A stretch of DNA of 50,631 nt from Nanobdellota archaeon. Its GTDB lineage: Archaea; Nanobdellota; Nanobdellia; Pacearchaeales; GW2011-AR1. Shown piece after piece: positions 43,233 through 50,631 of this stretch. Both the position numbers and the translations under genes were made by a program. Numbering within the stretch: the first letter of the stretch is position 1; each line of letters starts with the position of its first letter. The stretch spans positions 1 through 50,631 of the forward strand of contig JAUSIC010000010.1 of NCBI GenBank assembly GCA_030648285.1, written 5' to 3'. The notes beneath the pieces were generated by a model, which made no database searches, was not told the origin of the DNA, and saw only the letters and a program-made list of their open reading frames with translations.

Positions 43233-44195
43233 TCATTTTATTTTCTTAAATTTAGCAATGTAAAATCCCTCGGTATTTGCTACATGAGGATAAACTCTGC
43301 AAGAGAACTTTACATCTTCTAAGTATTCTTTATCTTGCCACTTTTGTATTCCAAGTTTACTTTGGATTGGAAGAAGGATTTTTTGTATTTTAATATTTGG
43401 AAAATTCTTCAATACATAATCAACAATTTCTTCGTTTTCTTCTGGTGAATGAGTACATGTTGAATAAACTAATTCTCCTCCTTTTTTTAAAATAGAAATC
43501 GCAGATGAGACAAGGTTTTTTTGCATGTTTGAAAGAATCTTTACTGTGTTTATGTTCCACATAACAGGAGTTTTTTGAGAAGAACGGATTGTTCCTTCTC
43601 CTGAACACGGAGCATCTAAAAGAATTTTATCAAACTGGACATTTTGCCTCTCAAGTCTTTTGCAAAATGCACTTCCTTCTTTTTTTGTTATTATTACATT
43701 TGAAACCCCGCATCTTTCCAAGTTTGTTGCTAGAATTCTTATTCTTCCTAAACTAATTTCATTCGCTATTATTGTTCCTGTGTTTTCCATAAAAGAGGAC
43801 ATTTGAGTTGTCTTGCTTCCTGGAGAAGCACATAAATCCAAAACTAATTGATTTTTTTCTGGTTTTAAAACTAAAACAGGAAGCATGCTTGCTAATTCTT
43901 GTATGTAATAATATCCTAAAAGATGTTCTAAGGAATTTCCTAATTCTCCTGGTTTTAATTGAGATTCAACCACCATAACTTCTTCATGTTCTTTCCATGG
44001 TTGGCTTATCTTCCAGCCATTATTCTCAAGTCTTTTTTTTAGATTTTCAGGAGAAATTTTCAATGTATTGCAACGAAATGAACGAACAGGAGGAACTTCT
44101 AAAATTTCCAAATAAGATTCAAATTCTTTTCCCAAAAGCTCTTTCATTCTTTCGACAAAAAGAGGTTTTAACTCGATTTTTGACTGTGTTTTCAT
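43233..44195 (-). CDS. NOL1/NOP2/Sun-family RNA cytosine-C5 methyltransferase (catalytic domain)
   Basis: VLDLCASPGSKTT (SAM motif I), ILLDAPCSGEGTIR (motif IV, PC) and YSTCTHSPEENE (motif VI, TC). Confidence 0.9.
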   Translation of the reverse strand: MKTQSKIELKPLFVERMKELLGKEFESYLEILEVPPVRSFRCNTLKISPENLKKRLENNGWKISQPWKEHEEVMVVESQLKPGELGNSLEHLLGYYYIQELASMLPVLVLKPEKNQLVLDLCASPGSKTTQMSSFMENTGTIIANEISLGRIRILATNLERCGVSNVIITKKEGSAFCKRLERQNVQFDKILLDAPCSGEGTIRSSQKTPVMWNINTVKILSNMQKNLVSSAISILKKGGELVYSTCTHSPEENEEIVDYVLKNFPNIKIQKILLPIQSKLGIQKWQDKEYLEDVKFSCRVYPHVANTEGFYIAKFKKIK

Positions 44196-44250
44196 GATAT
44201 AAACACAAAATAGAGTTTTATATTTTTATCTATAATAGATATGTTTTTAT

Positions 44251-44823
44251 ATGTTAAATCTAAGAATTTTTATGACAGAATCATTATATCAGCAACCAAA
44301 TGCTTACTTTGTTCCTGAGTCTGGAAAAGTATGTTTTAATCTGAGAAGATTTAAAAGAATAGTACCAGAAAGACAAGGAGATTGTTTAATAGAAAGAATT
44401 ATGCTAAATGATAGAGTATTAAGCATATTTTCAAGAAAAGGGAGATTAGATATTTATGAAAGAAGGTATTATACAAATAATCCTCAAGGAAGACTAACTC
44501 ATTTTGTAACAAGACGTCTTGGATATGACGTAACTCCTGAAGAGGCTTTGGTTAATGCAAGAGAAAGCATTTTATATGGATTAGCAAAATTAGAAGTAGA
44601 AAATCGTGAAAGAGAGTTTGATGCAGGATTATCTGATTATTTAAGAGGTTATGCGCCTGTAAAAACTAATAGATTGCAATCCTTAATTCGTAAGCTTGCA
44701 AATAAAAAAATAGAAAAAAAGACAGAGGGAAATGAAAAAAGAGAAGAACCTGAAGATAACAAGACTGAAGAGGAAAAATTGATGGAAGAAATGAACAATG
44801 TAGAAGTGAACGTATCAAATTAA
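44251..44823 (+). CDS. hypothetical protein (Arg-rich orphan with acidic/Lys-rich tail)
   Basis: 190-aa ORF with an alternative start at 44272. Its 3' end overlaps the polB stop by 4 nt (convergent). Confidence 0.5.
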   Translation: MLNLRIFMTESLYQQPNAYFVPESGKVCFNLRRFKRIVPERQGDCLIERIMLNDRVLSIFSRKGRLDIYERRYYTNNPQGRLTHFVTRRLGYDVTPEEALVNARESILYGLAKLEVENREREFDAGLSDYLRGYAPVKTNRLQSLIRKLANKKIEKKTEGNEKREEPEDNKTEEEKLMEEMNNVEVNVSN

Positions 44824-47279
44824 AAATCACTCAATTTCTTTTGCTTCTTTTTGTCCATTAAATCATTTATATCTATGCCGAAGACTTGAAAGATATTTTC
44901 AACAGCAGGAAGAATTTGATGCTTGAGGTAATAATCAATGTCATAATCTCCTTCTTCATCAGGAAGTTTTACTCTTTCTCTAACAAGTTTTGATTTCTTT
45001 TTTCCTGTTTCTTCTGGCTCTGAAATATAATACGAAACCAAACTTCCCATGTCAATTGGAATTTCTCTTTCTTTCATTCTTTTTGCAGCAATAACATGAG
45101 GAGAAATAGCTTTGTACTCTGAAATTGGTTTTTTTAATTGTGTTCTTATAATTAATTTTTCTCTGCTTATTTTTCTTTGATTAATCTGCTTTATTATTTC
45201 TTTAACGTATTCCAATGATTCTTTTTCATTTCCATCTTCAAGAATTTTTCTTATTATTTTATTTTGAACTTCTCTTGCCAAAGTACACCAGTCTCTCCTT
45301 ACTGTTTCAAAACCGCGGATTTTTACTTTTCCTTCATGATTGACTAAAGCATATTTTTTCTTTGCACCAAATTCGCCTGTTCTTTTTGTGACCCAAATTC
45401 CCCTTTTGAAAAAATCTTCTAATTCTAATTCCATTACTCCGGGAAGACTTTCATTTATTTCTTTTAGGAATTTTTTAGTTTCTTCTTGAGATTTATTATT
45501 CATAAGAAATGCTATGCTATCTGTGTCGCTATAGATTGTTTTGTATCCTTTCTTGTCTATTCTCTCAATTGTATTTTTTATGAAATCACGACTGATTGCT
45601 GTTGCTGAAGCAGATGCTTCTGGGCAATAATATCTTGCTCCAAAAAATCCTTGATAACCATAAGAAGCATTTGCGAGAAGTTTGAATGCATTGCTTCTTG
45701 CTTTTTTTACAGCATCTGGTTTGTGTTTTAATTCTTGCTTGTATTGTTTTCTTTTTTCAATTATTTCTTTTAGCATTTCTGGAAAGAATTCTGGCTTTTT
45801 TGAAAAATATAATTTTTTCTCTTTCAAATCAACTTCAAGGCTGTCTTTTCCTTTTTTTTCTAAGAGAGTTGAACGACTGAGATTAAAAGTTACAATTATG
45901 CTTGGCCAAAAACTTGTAAAATCAAAAATGCAAATATCCTCATATAATCCTGGTGTTGGTTCAAAAACAAATGCTCCTACATATTTTTCTCTTTGTCTTC
46001 TTGCGCCAATTTCTTCATGGGGTTTTTTCTCTGGAATTTCATCAAATCTGTTTAAATTGTGAATTATGTAATCTTCAACATTATTTGACATCCCATTTCT
46101 TGAAACACTGAAAACAGGTTCTTGCATAATTCTTGTGAATTCTAAGATATCTTGCCAGAATTTTTGAAATAAATTATAAGTTAATACAGAATCATGAAGA
46201 TTATATTCAAAATAATTAGTCCATTCTTCTTTTTTTATTTCTGAAGAATGCTTGAACTTAAATTCTTTTTTTTCATCGCCAAGAAACTCTTTTGAAACTT
46301 CATTCAATGACAATGTTTCTGACTGCATGTATTGAGAATATGCACTTTGGATGAATCTCATCAAGTCAATATGAACAATTCCTGAAATTTTTCCTGTTAG
46401 AATTGCACCACGAAAAAATCTTGGCTGTGAATCATCTAATCCTAAAGAAAGCCTTACTTTATTTTTTTCTGCTCTTGCTTTGAGATAAGGCAAATCAAAT
46501 CCATCTGAAAAATACCCAACAAGAAAATCAGGAGAAATTTTTCTTACGTACTCTACAAACTTTTCCAATAATTCTTTTTCATCTTTTACACATTCAACAA
46601 AATCTAATTCTTTATTGTCACATTTTTTCCATGTGATTACTTTTTTGAAATTTTCTGAAACAAGAGAAATCATTAATATTTCCCCTTCTCCAATTTTGAG
46701 TTCATCACATTCAATATCATAAGCAAGAACTTTTGGAGTGAATTCACTAGCCTCTAATTTTTTATGGGTTTGTAGTTTTATGCAGAAATTAATATCTGTT
46801 TCGCTTATTCCATTAAAATCATTCTTTCCTAAAACATCTCCTGAAATTTCATACCATTGCAAAGGAACAAGATTTTTTTCAATTATGTAATGAGTTATGA
46901 ATCCTAAATCATAGCCTCTTCTTTTTTCTATTTCTGGCATTACTAATTTGTCTGCTATATCATGCAAATCTTTGTAGTTTGTAGCAAAAATTTTTAATGC
47001 TCTTACATCTTCTCCTAAAAATTTCTTATCATGAACTTCAACTTTCTCTACTCTTGTTTCTCTTCCTTTTGAGATTATCTTGATTTTTTCTATTTTTTCA
47101 ATAAGTCTTTTTATCTCGTTTTCACTAGTTTTATCTTTCAAAATTGCCCATAGGTAAACAGGGCAGGAATCAATTATACATATTCTCTTAGATTTTCTAT
47201 CTCTTCCTATTATTTTTATGTAATTTCTTCCATCAAAGTCAAAGTAGTCATAGTCTATAGGAATGAACTCTGTTTTCAT
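44820..47279 (-). CDS. polB: family B DNA polymerase
   Basis: Exo motif YDIECDE, SFWPSIIV (SLYPSII-type motif A), KLLANASYGY (motif B), YSDTDS (motif C) and C-terminal QKKLSDF PIP-like tail. Confidence 0.95.
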   Translation of the reverse strand: MKTEFIPIDYDYFDFDGRNYIKIIGRDRKSKRICIIDSCPVYLWAILKDKTSENEIKRLIEKIEKIKIISKGRETRVEKVEVHDKKFLGEDVRALKIFATNYKDLHDIADKLVMPEIEKRRGYDLGFITHYIIEKNLVPLQWYEISGDVLGKNDFNGISETDINFCIKLQTHKKLEASEFTPKVLAYDIECDELKIGEGEILMISLVSENFKKVITWKKCDNKELDFVECVKDEKELLEKFVEYVRKISPDFLVGYFSDGFDLPYLKARAEKNKVRLSLGLDDSQPRFFRGAILTGKISGIVHIDLMRFIQSAYSQYMQSETLSLNEVSKEFLGDEKKEFKFKHSSEIKKEEWTNYFEYNLHDSVLTYNLFQKFWQDILEFTRIMQEPVFSVSRNGMSNNVEDYIIHNLNRFDEIPEKKPHEEIGARRQREKYVGAFVFEPTPGLYEDICIFDFTSFWPSIIVTFNLSRSTLLEKKGKDSLEVDLKEKKLYFSKKPEFFPEMLKEIIEKRKQYKQELKHKPDAVKKARSNAFKLLANASYGYQGFFGARYYCPEASASATAISRDFIKNTIERIDKKGYKTIYSDTDSIAFLMNNKSQEETKKFLKEINESLPGVMELELEDFFKRGIWVTKRTGEFGAKKKYALVNHEGKVKIRGFETVRRDWCTLAREVQNKIIRKILEDGNEKESLEYVKEIIKQINQRKISREKLIIRTQLKKPISEYKAISPHVIAAKRMKEREIPIDMGSLVSYYISEPEETGKKKSKLVRERVKLPDEEGDYDIDYYLKHQILPAVENIFQVFGIDINDLMDKKKQKKLSDF

Positions 47280-47351
47280 AAAAATAAGAGATATTCTCGT
47301 TATTTAAAACTTAAGAATAAGATTTAAATATAGGATTTTAGTGGTTTTTGT

Positions 47352-47672
47352 ATGATACATCTGCAATTAAATCAGCAATGTAAAGAATATGCAGAAAGCA
47401 TTTGGACAGATTTGGAGCTCTCTCCTGAAAAACCTTTCAATGGAGATTTAGGGCATTATTTAGCAGATGCAACTTTTGAACATCGAAGAAGAGTAGCAAC
47501 TCAAGAGGCCTATGAACAACAGATTGAACAAGAAGAAATACCCTCTCTTGTTACAGAAACATTCAGACAACCTGTAATAGCAGAAATTGAACAAAAGTGG
47601 AGAGAAGTATGGAGTTCATTGCAACAAAGACACTCTCAAGGAAAACAACCTTATCTTGCCATACATCTCTAA
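47352..47672 (+). CDS. hypothetical protein (Gln/Glu-rich orphan)
   Basis: 106-aa ORF with no family recognised. Confidence 0.5.
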   Translation: MIHLQLNQQCKEYAESIWTDLELSPEKPFNGDLGHYLADATFEHRRRVATQEAYEQQIEQEEIPSLVTETFRQPVIAEIEQKWREVWSSLQQRHSQGKQPYLAIHL

Positions 47673-47717
47673 ATAAATAACCTTTTATATTTCTTTTACC
47701 TTGATTTTTTGATTAAT

Positions 47718-48758
47718 ATGGGCCTAAATATACGAGAAATCATTCCAAGAAAAGAGATAAACTTTGAAGAATTAAAAGGAAAAATACTCTGTGTAGATGC
47801 TTTCAATACTCTTTATCAGTTTTTATCTTCAATAAGACAGCCAGATGGAACTTCCCTAATGGACAGCAAGGAAAGAATAACGAGCCATTTGTCTGGAATT
47901 TTTTATAGAAATATTGCATTGCTTTCAGAAGGAATGAAATTAGTTTATGTTTTTGATGGAAAAGCTCCTGATTTGAAAATGAAAACATGGGAGAAAAGAG
48001 GAGAGAATAGAGAAGTAGCAAAAGGAAAATATGAAGAAGCAAAACAAAGTGAAGATTTGGAGGGAATGAAAAGGTATTCAAGCCAGTTTGTCAGATTAAA
48101 CAACGAAATGATTCAAGAGAGCAAAGAACTTTTAGAAGCAATGGGGATAATGACTGTGCAAGCTCCATCTGAAGGAGAAGCAGAAGCGTCTTATCTTTCA
48201 AAAATAAAAAATGAAGTTTATGCTTGTGTTAGCCAGGATTATGACAGCTTGCTTTTTGGTGCTCCGAAATTGATTAGAAATCTAACACTTGCAAGAAGAA
48301 GAAAAACTTTTTCCGGTTTTGTAGAAGTGAAACCAGAAATTATTGAGCTTGAACATGTTTTTAATTCTCTTGATATAAACTTAGAACAATTAATCTGCTT
48401 GGGAATTTTAGTTGGAACAGATTATAATCCAAAAGGAATTCCTGGAATAGGGCAGAAAAGAGCACTGCAGATTGTCAAGAAATTCAAACAGCCTGTTTTG
48501 ATTTTCCAAAGTGTTGAAGAACAATTGATGAATTTGCCTGAAGAAGAAAGATTTGATTGGCAGGAAATTTTTAAATTATTCAGGAAGCCAGATACAATAA
48601 ATGCAGAAATAGAATTTCCAAAAGTAAATGAAAAAAAGATAAAAGAAATTCTTGTTAGCAAGCATGATTTTTCAGAAGAAAGAGTTGATAAGCAATTGGA
48701 AAAATTAAGAGATGTTGCAGAACAAGCGAAGCAGAAGGGATTGAAAGATTATTTTTGA
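47718..48758 (+). CDS. fen: flap endonuclease 1
   Basis: MGLNIREIIP...GKILCVDAFNTLYQFLSSIRQPDGTSLMD...TSHLSGIFYR and C-terminal PIP box QKGLKDYF. ATG at 47718; the ORF track starts at a TTG at 47709. Confidence 0.95.
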   Translation: MGLNIREIIPRKEINFEELKGKILCVDAFNTLYQFLSSIRQPDGTSLMDSKERITSHLSGIFYRNIALLSEGMKLVYVFDGKAPDLKMKTWEKRGENREVAKGKYEEAKQSEDLEGMKRYSSQFVRLNNEMIQESKELLEAMGIMTVQAPSEGEAEASYLSKIKNEVYACVSQDYDSLLFGAPKLIRNLTLARRRKTFSGFVEVKPEIIELEHVFNSLDINLEQLICLGILVGTDYNPKGIPGIGQKRALQIVKKFKQPVLIFQSVEEQLMNLPEEERFDWQEIFKLFRKPDTINAEIEFPKVNEKKIKEILVSKHDFSEERVDKQLEKLRDVAEQAKQKGLKDYF

Positions 48759-48789
48759 GAGGGAATTGAGGAAATGATAAATGAGCAAA

Positions 48790-48832
48790 TAGTAAATTTG
48801 CCACAAATATAAAATAGGAAATTTTACATATA
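48790..48832 (+). promoter_or_regulatory. decayed L-motif copy F (no start codon)
   Basis: atagtaaatttgccacaaatataaaataggaaattttacatatag aligns to copy C2 (gaaatttgccacaaatacaaaatgggagattttgcatgatg). The ATG is lost. Confidence 0.5.
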
Positions 48833-48965
48833 GAATAATTGAAGCCTTTTGTAAATGTTGAGCAGTTGAACAAAATCGTTTTAAACTTAACCAGAGTATC
48901 TAGGTTATCATTATTATCCATTTTGCGAGTTTACGAGCAACTAATAAACAATAATTTTATAAAAA
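48830..48965 (+). repeat. Intergenic repeat family R, copy R4 (carries blocks of both subfamilies)
   Basis: atagaataattgaagccttttgtaaatgttg...aaaatcgttttaaacttaaccagag...tatctaggttatcattattatcc...gcgagtttacgagcaactaat...aattttataaaa. Confidence 0.65.
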
Positions 48966-48984
48966 CCATTATCCTCCTTTTTAG

Positions 48985-49437
48985 ATGAAAAAGAGTTTAT
49001 GGATATTTTCTCTGTTTGCTGTAATTTTAACAAAACTTGCAAGCGCACAAACCTTTGGTTTTTCTGACAGATTAACTATTAGTGATTTGCTGAATATGAT
49101 TGATGCGCGAACAATGGTTCTTGTTGTTGTTTTCATTGTTTCATTTGCACTCCTGTTTTTTTCATTGTCTAGAGTTTTTCGTGGAGAAAAAGCAATTGCA
49201 GGAATTGTTTCTTTGGCAATGGCATTGTTAATTGCATATGCAATAAACAAAATGGATTTGGATTTGGAAAACTTGCTTTACGATATGGGATTAACTCTTG
49301 AAGCGCTTCATATAATCTTTCCAATCTTCATAATTGTGCTTGTACTAATTTTTGTTGTTTTCATAATATTAAGAGCAGGAAAAAGAGCAAGAGGAGAATT
49401 GCGAGGAAATGGCGGAAATAGATACGGGCCAGGATAG
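48985..49437 (+). CDS. membrane protein with signal peptide
   Basis: MKKSLWIFSLFAVILTKLASAQ signal-like N-terminus and 3 further TM helices. Confidence 0.6.
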   Translation: MKKSLWIFSLFAVILTKLASAQTFGFSDRLTISDLLNMIDARTMVLVVVFIVSFALLFFSLSRVFRGEKAIAGIVSLAMALLIAYAINKMDLDLENLLYDMGLTLEALHIIFPIFIIVLVLIFVVFIILRAGKRARGELRGNGGNRYGPG

Positions 49438-49477
49438 TTATCAAAATATTTATAAATCATAAATTACTTTAATACTA

Positions 49478-50326
49478 ATGAAAAAGAGAGGAGCGAGTAG
49501 AACGAAACATTCTAAAAAAAAATATGTTAATACCAGAACATTAGCTGTTGTTGGTGTTGCTTTCTTTTTGGTTTTTGCTTTCTTATTGATGTTTGTTGTG
49601 AATAATTCTCAACTTTCTAATTCAACTCAGGTTACAGGAGCAGTGATGACTGGGGCAGTAGAAGGAGATGGAGGACTTATTTCCCAGATGTTTTCTGGAT
49701 GGAAAGAAGAAAATTTAGATGCTCAACTTGCAAAGATATTATTATGGGCTACATTGCTCATGTTTATCGCAAGTGTTCTTAACTTTGCTGGTTTTCCTCC
49801 TCAGAAATTTCTCCAATTTTTAATGGCATTAATTGTTAGTTTTTTGGCAGTAGCGTATATTACTCCTGATGAAGTTATTACTATGCTTGCTTCTTATAGT
49901 GCTTTGGGACTTGCTTTAGGAACAATAATTCCATTTATGATTATATTGTTCACTTCTGCAATGTTATTATCTAATGAAGGAAAAAATGCATTAAAAAGTA
50001 TGACTATAGGAAAAGTATTACTTCAAATAGTTTTATGGGTTATGTGGGGTTCATTCTTAGTTTATAGGCTTATTAATTTATGGGTAATAGAAGGATTTGA
50101 TGCTATACTTCAAGGAGGAGGAATTGTTCTTGGTGTAACTGCAGTGATATCTATAACTATACTAATATTTAATCCCCAATTTAGAAAATGGATATGGAGA
50201 ATAGGTAATCAGCTTAGAGAGGTTAAAGAAGAAGCAATCTCTGCAGGTGCGGCATCAAGAGAAAAATCAAGAGTAAGAGAACATAAAGCAAGAGAAGAAA
50301 GTTATGAAGGTGGTTCAGGAATATAG
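49478..50326 (+). CDS. polytopic membrane protein
   Basis: Basic N-terminus followed by ~6 hydrophobic helices. No family recognised. Confidence 0.6.
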   Translation: MKKRGASRTKHSKKKYVNTRTLAVVGVAFFLVFAFLLMFVVNNSQLSNSTQVTGAVMTGAVEGDGGLISQMFSGWKEENLDAQLAKILLWATLLMFIASVLNFAGFPPQKFLQFLMALIVSFLAVAYITPDEVITMLASYSALGLALGTIIPFMIILFTSAMLLSNEGKNALKSMTIGKVLLQIVLWVMWGSFLVYRLINLWVIEGFDAILQGGGIVLGVTAVISITILIFNPQFRKWIWRIGNQLREVKEEAISAGAASREKSRVREHKAREESYEGGSGI

Positions 50327-50372
50327 AGCACCACATAAGGTTTAATAATTCTATTTGCATTTTTTATTTTAT

Positions 50373-50631
50373 ATGACAAGCAAAAATGTTCTAAGAGCAT
50401 ACGAAGTTTTAGGGAATATTGCAATTGTGAAGTTTTCTAGAGAGGTTAAGGAAAAGGATAAAAAACAATTTGCAGACAAGATTTTGAACGAGAATAAATC
50501 TGTTAAAACAATTTTGGAAAAGGTTGGAAAAGTAAAAGGAAGATTGAGGAAGATACAGACTAAATATTTAGCAGGAGAAAACACAAAAGAAGCATTGTAC
50601 AGAGAGAATAATTGTGTTTTTAGATTTAATG
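50373..50631 (+). CDS. 5' part of a Trm5/Met-10+-like tRNA methyltransferase (runs off the window end)
   Basis: MTSKNVLRAYEVLGNIAIVKFSREV...KTILEKVGKVKGRLRKIQTKYLAGENTKEALYRENNCVFRF resembles the Trm5 N-terminal/D2 pattern (GDIAIV..., AGE..T...E.G..F). Confidence 0.55.
   Translation, partial: MTSKNVLRAYEVLGNIAIVKFSREVKEKDKKQFADKILNENKSVKTILEKVGKVKGRLRKIQTKYLAGENTKEALYRENNCVFRFN

Noticed and set aside
1-50631. Search for rRNA, RNase P RNA, SRP RNA, transposases, integrases, restriction-modification or cas genes
   Set aside because: No ORF showed the corresponding motifs. The only GC-rich structured islands are the three tRNAs, the R6/R5 distal modules and the 36393-36515 leader. None has the length or the conserved motifs I know for those RNAs.

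Overview
AT-rich (about 30% GC by eye), gene-dense archaeal chromosome segment. It is dominated by information-processing and housekeeping genes: TBP, ATP-dependent DNA ligase, L15e, MetRS, ValRS, aRF1, ScpB, RpoL, RadB, type IA topoisomerase, TFS, Cdc48, MetAP, PolB, FEN1 and 3 tRNAs. Small proteins, split genes, 4-nt gene overlaps and one giant glycosylation-rich surface protein suggest a small-genome, DPANN-like archaeon; this is inference only. I saw no rRNA, CRISPR array, transposase or integrase. The most unusual signals are non-coding. (1) A conserved ~55-nt two-hairpin 5' leader (L-motif) presents the Shine-Dalgarno in a loop and abuts the ATG of at least five unrelated genes, while several checked neighbours look leaderless. 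(2) A dispersed ~100-150-nt intergenic repeat family (R, 8 copies) mostly sits just after stop codons; two copies share a hairpin whose lower stem differs completely but still pairs. (3) A ghost copy of the promoter, first codons, last codons and 3' flank of the 1037-aa surface-protein gene lies 8 kb away. (4) A tRNA-Gly(CCC) carries a 36-nt BHB-type intron and an R-like trailer. Other points: split MetRS and NSUN/PUA genes, a ligase operon with a GH12-like protein and an HExxH protease, a solitary HEPN gene after topA, and GC-richer orphan ORFs. All functional calls come from motif recognition by eye; no searches were run.
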